Of a stretch of DNA of 64,000 bases, positions 63,456-64,000 are shown piece after piece. The translations under genes and the position numbers were made by a program. The stretch lies in contig JBBSXC010000003.1 in NCBI GenBank assembly GCA_038045945.1, positions 123,975 through 187,974 of the forward strand, written 5' to 3'. How positions within the stretch are numbered: position 1 is the first letter of the stretch; the number at the start of each line of letters is the position of its first letter. The stretch comes from Nanobdellota archaeon (GTDB lineage Archaea; Nanobdellota; Nanobdellia; Pacearchaeales; GW2011-AR1). The notes below the pieces were generated by a model. The model made no database searches. It saw only the letters and a list, made by a program, of their open reading frames with translations, and was not told where the DNA came from.

Positions 63456-64000
63456 TTAACGCTTAACTGCTTTGTTATAATACTCATTAACTTTTTCCCA
63501 ATTAATAATGTTAAAAAAAGCCTTTATGTAATCAGCACGCATATTCCTATACTTCAAATAATAAGCGTGTTCCCATAAGTCTAAGCATAATACTGGTTGC
63601 TCTTTATTACTTATAGGGCTGTCTTGATTAGCACTATTAGTTATTTCTAGTTCGCCTTGCGAGTTTACTACTAGCCAAGTCCACCCACTGCCAAAAAATG
63701 TGCTTGATGCAGTAGTGAACTGTTCAACAAACTTATCTAAGTTGCCAAACTTTTTGTTTATTGCTTTAATAACATCTAAACTTATGCTTGGTTTTACATC
63801 TTTTCTTAGAATAGTCCAAAAAAATGCGTGGTTGTAGTGTCCCCCACCAAAATTCTTAATTCCCTTCAATGCATCCTTAGGAACTGTGGATAAATCTTTT
63901 AGTAAAGTGAAAGGGTTACTTCCAAGCTGATTTTTTTCTGATACTTCTCTAAATTTATCAGCGTAAGTTTTGTGATGTTTTCCATGATGGATTTTCATGG
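63456..64000 (-). CDS. Fe/Mn superoxide dismutase (5' end runs off the window)
   Basis: HHGKHH, FNGGGH-like NFGGGHYNH, and DLWEHAYYL metal-ligand motifs. The N-terminus is missing because the window ends. Confidence 0.9.
   Translation of the reverse strand, partial: MKIHHGKHHKTYADKFREVSEKNQLGSNPFTLLKDLSTVPKDALKGIKNFGGGHYNHAFFWTILRKDVKPSISLDVIKAINKKFGNLDKFVEQFTTASSTFFGSGWTWLVVNSQGELEITNSANQDSPISNKEQPVLCLDLWEHAYYLKYRNMRADYIKAFFNIINWEKVNEYYNKAVKR

Noticed and set aside
1-64000. A CRISPR array or other regularly spaced repeats, rRNA genes, and IS elements.
   Set aside because: No series of 25-40-nt repeats with uniform spacers was seen. The only multi-copy elements are the GGTGTCTACA motif, the pilin promoter/leader element and intragenic Cys-module repeats. 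There are no rRNA-like or transposase sequences.

Overview
AT-rich archaeal chromosomal fragment. A small-genome DPANN-type archaeon is my inference, based on: a tRNA with an intron after position 37, an archaeal-type SRP RNA, diphthine synthase, archaeal NusA/TrmB/Lrp regulators, archaeal type IV pilin N-termini, and TATA boxes about 25 nt upstream of many ATGs. I can support about 85 protein-coding genes, 4 tRNAs and 1 SRP RNA. I saw no rRNA, CRISPR array, transposase, integrase or reverse transcriptase.

Housekeeping genes: purF, purA, pyrD, ileS, argS, thiI, dph5, nusA, gpsA, SNF2 and XPD-like helicases, a MutS-like ATPase, Ogg, and SOD.

Most interesting features:
1. A type IV pilus-like locus (40030-49180) has six tandem pilin genes. 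Two are paralogues sharing a 138-bp perfectly identical promoter-proximal/signal-peptide block.
2. A conserved promoter-plus-hairpin leader element occurs upstream of both paralogues. A third, orphan copy lies 16 kb away, antisense to thiI.
3. A Cys-rich repeat protein follows the pilus locus, and VKOR and DsbA genes lie elsewhere in the window.
4. A Fic (AMPylase) gene is bracketed by five copies of GGTGTCTAC(A). A synonymously diverged 13-codon remnant of a second Fic C-terminus sits beside it.
5. A copper-homeostasis cluster (51907-56929) carries several uncharacterised membrane or Met-rich components and candidate operators.
6. Synonymous-site composition is patchy and follows the DNA strand rather than gene orientation. 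Some minus-strand genes such as purF use NNT/NNG codons, while neighbouring plus-strand genes use NNA/NNC almost exclusively.
7. Smaller oddities: a 146-nt tRNA-Tyr intron, a tRNA-Thr with an A34 (AGT) anticodon, a sugar nucleotidyltransferase interrupted by one in-frame TAA, and a free-standing ThrRS editing domain.

Many ORF-track entries are antisense artefacts caused by stop-codon depletion in the skewed patches, and I did not call them.
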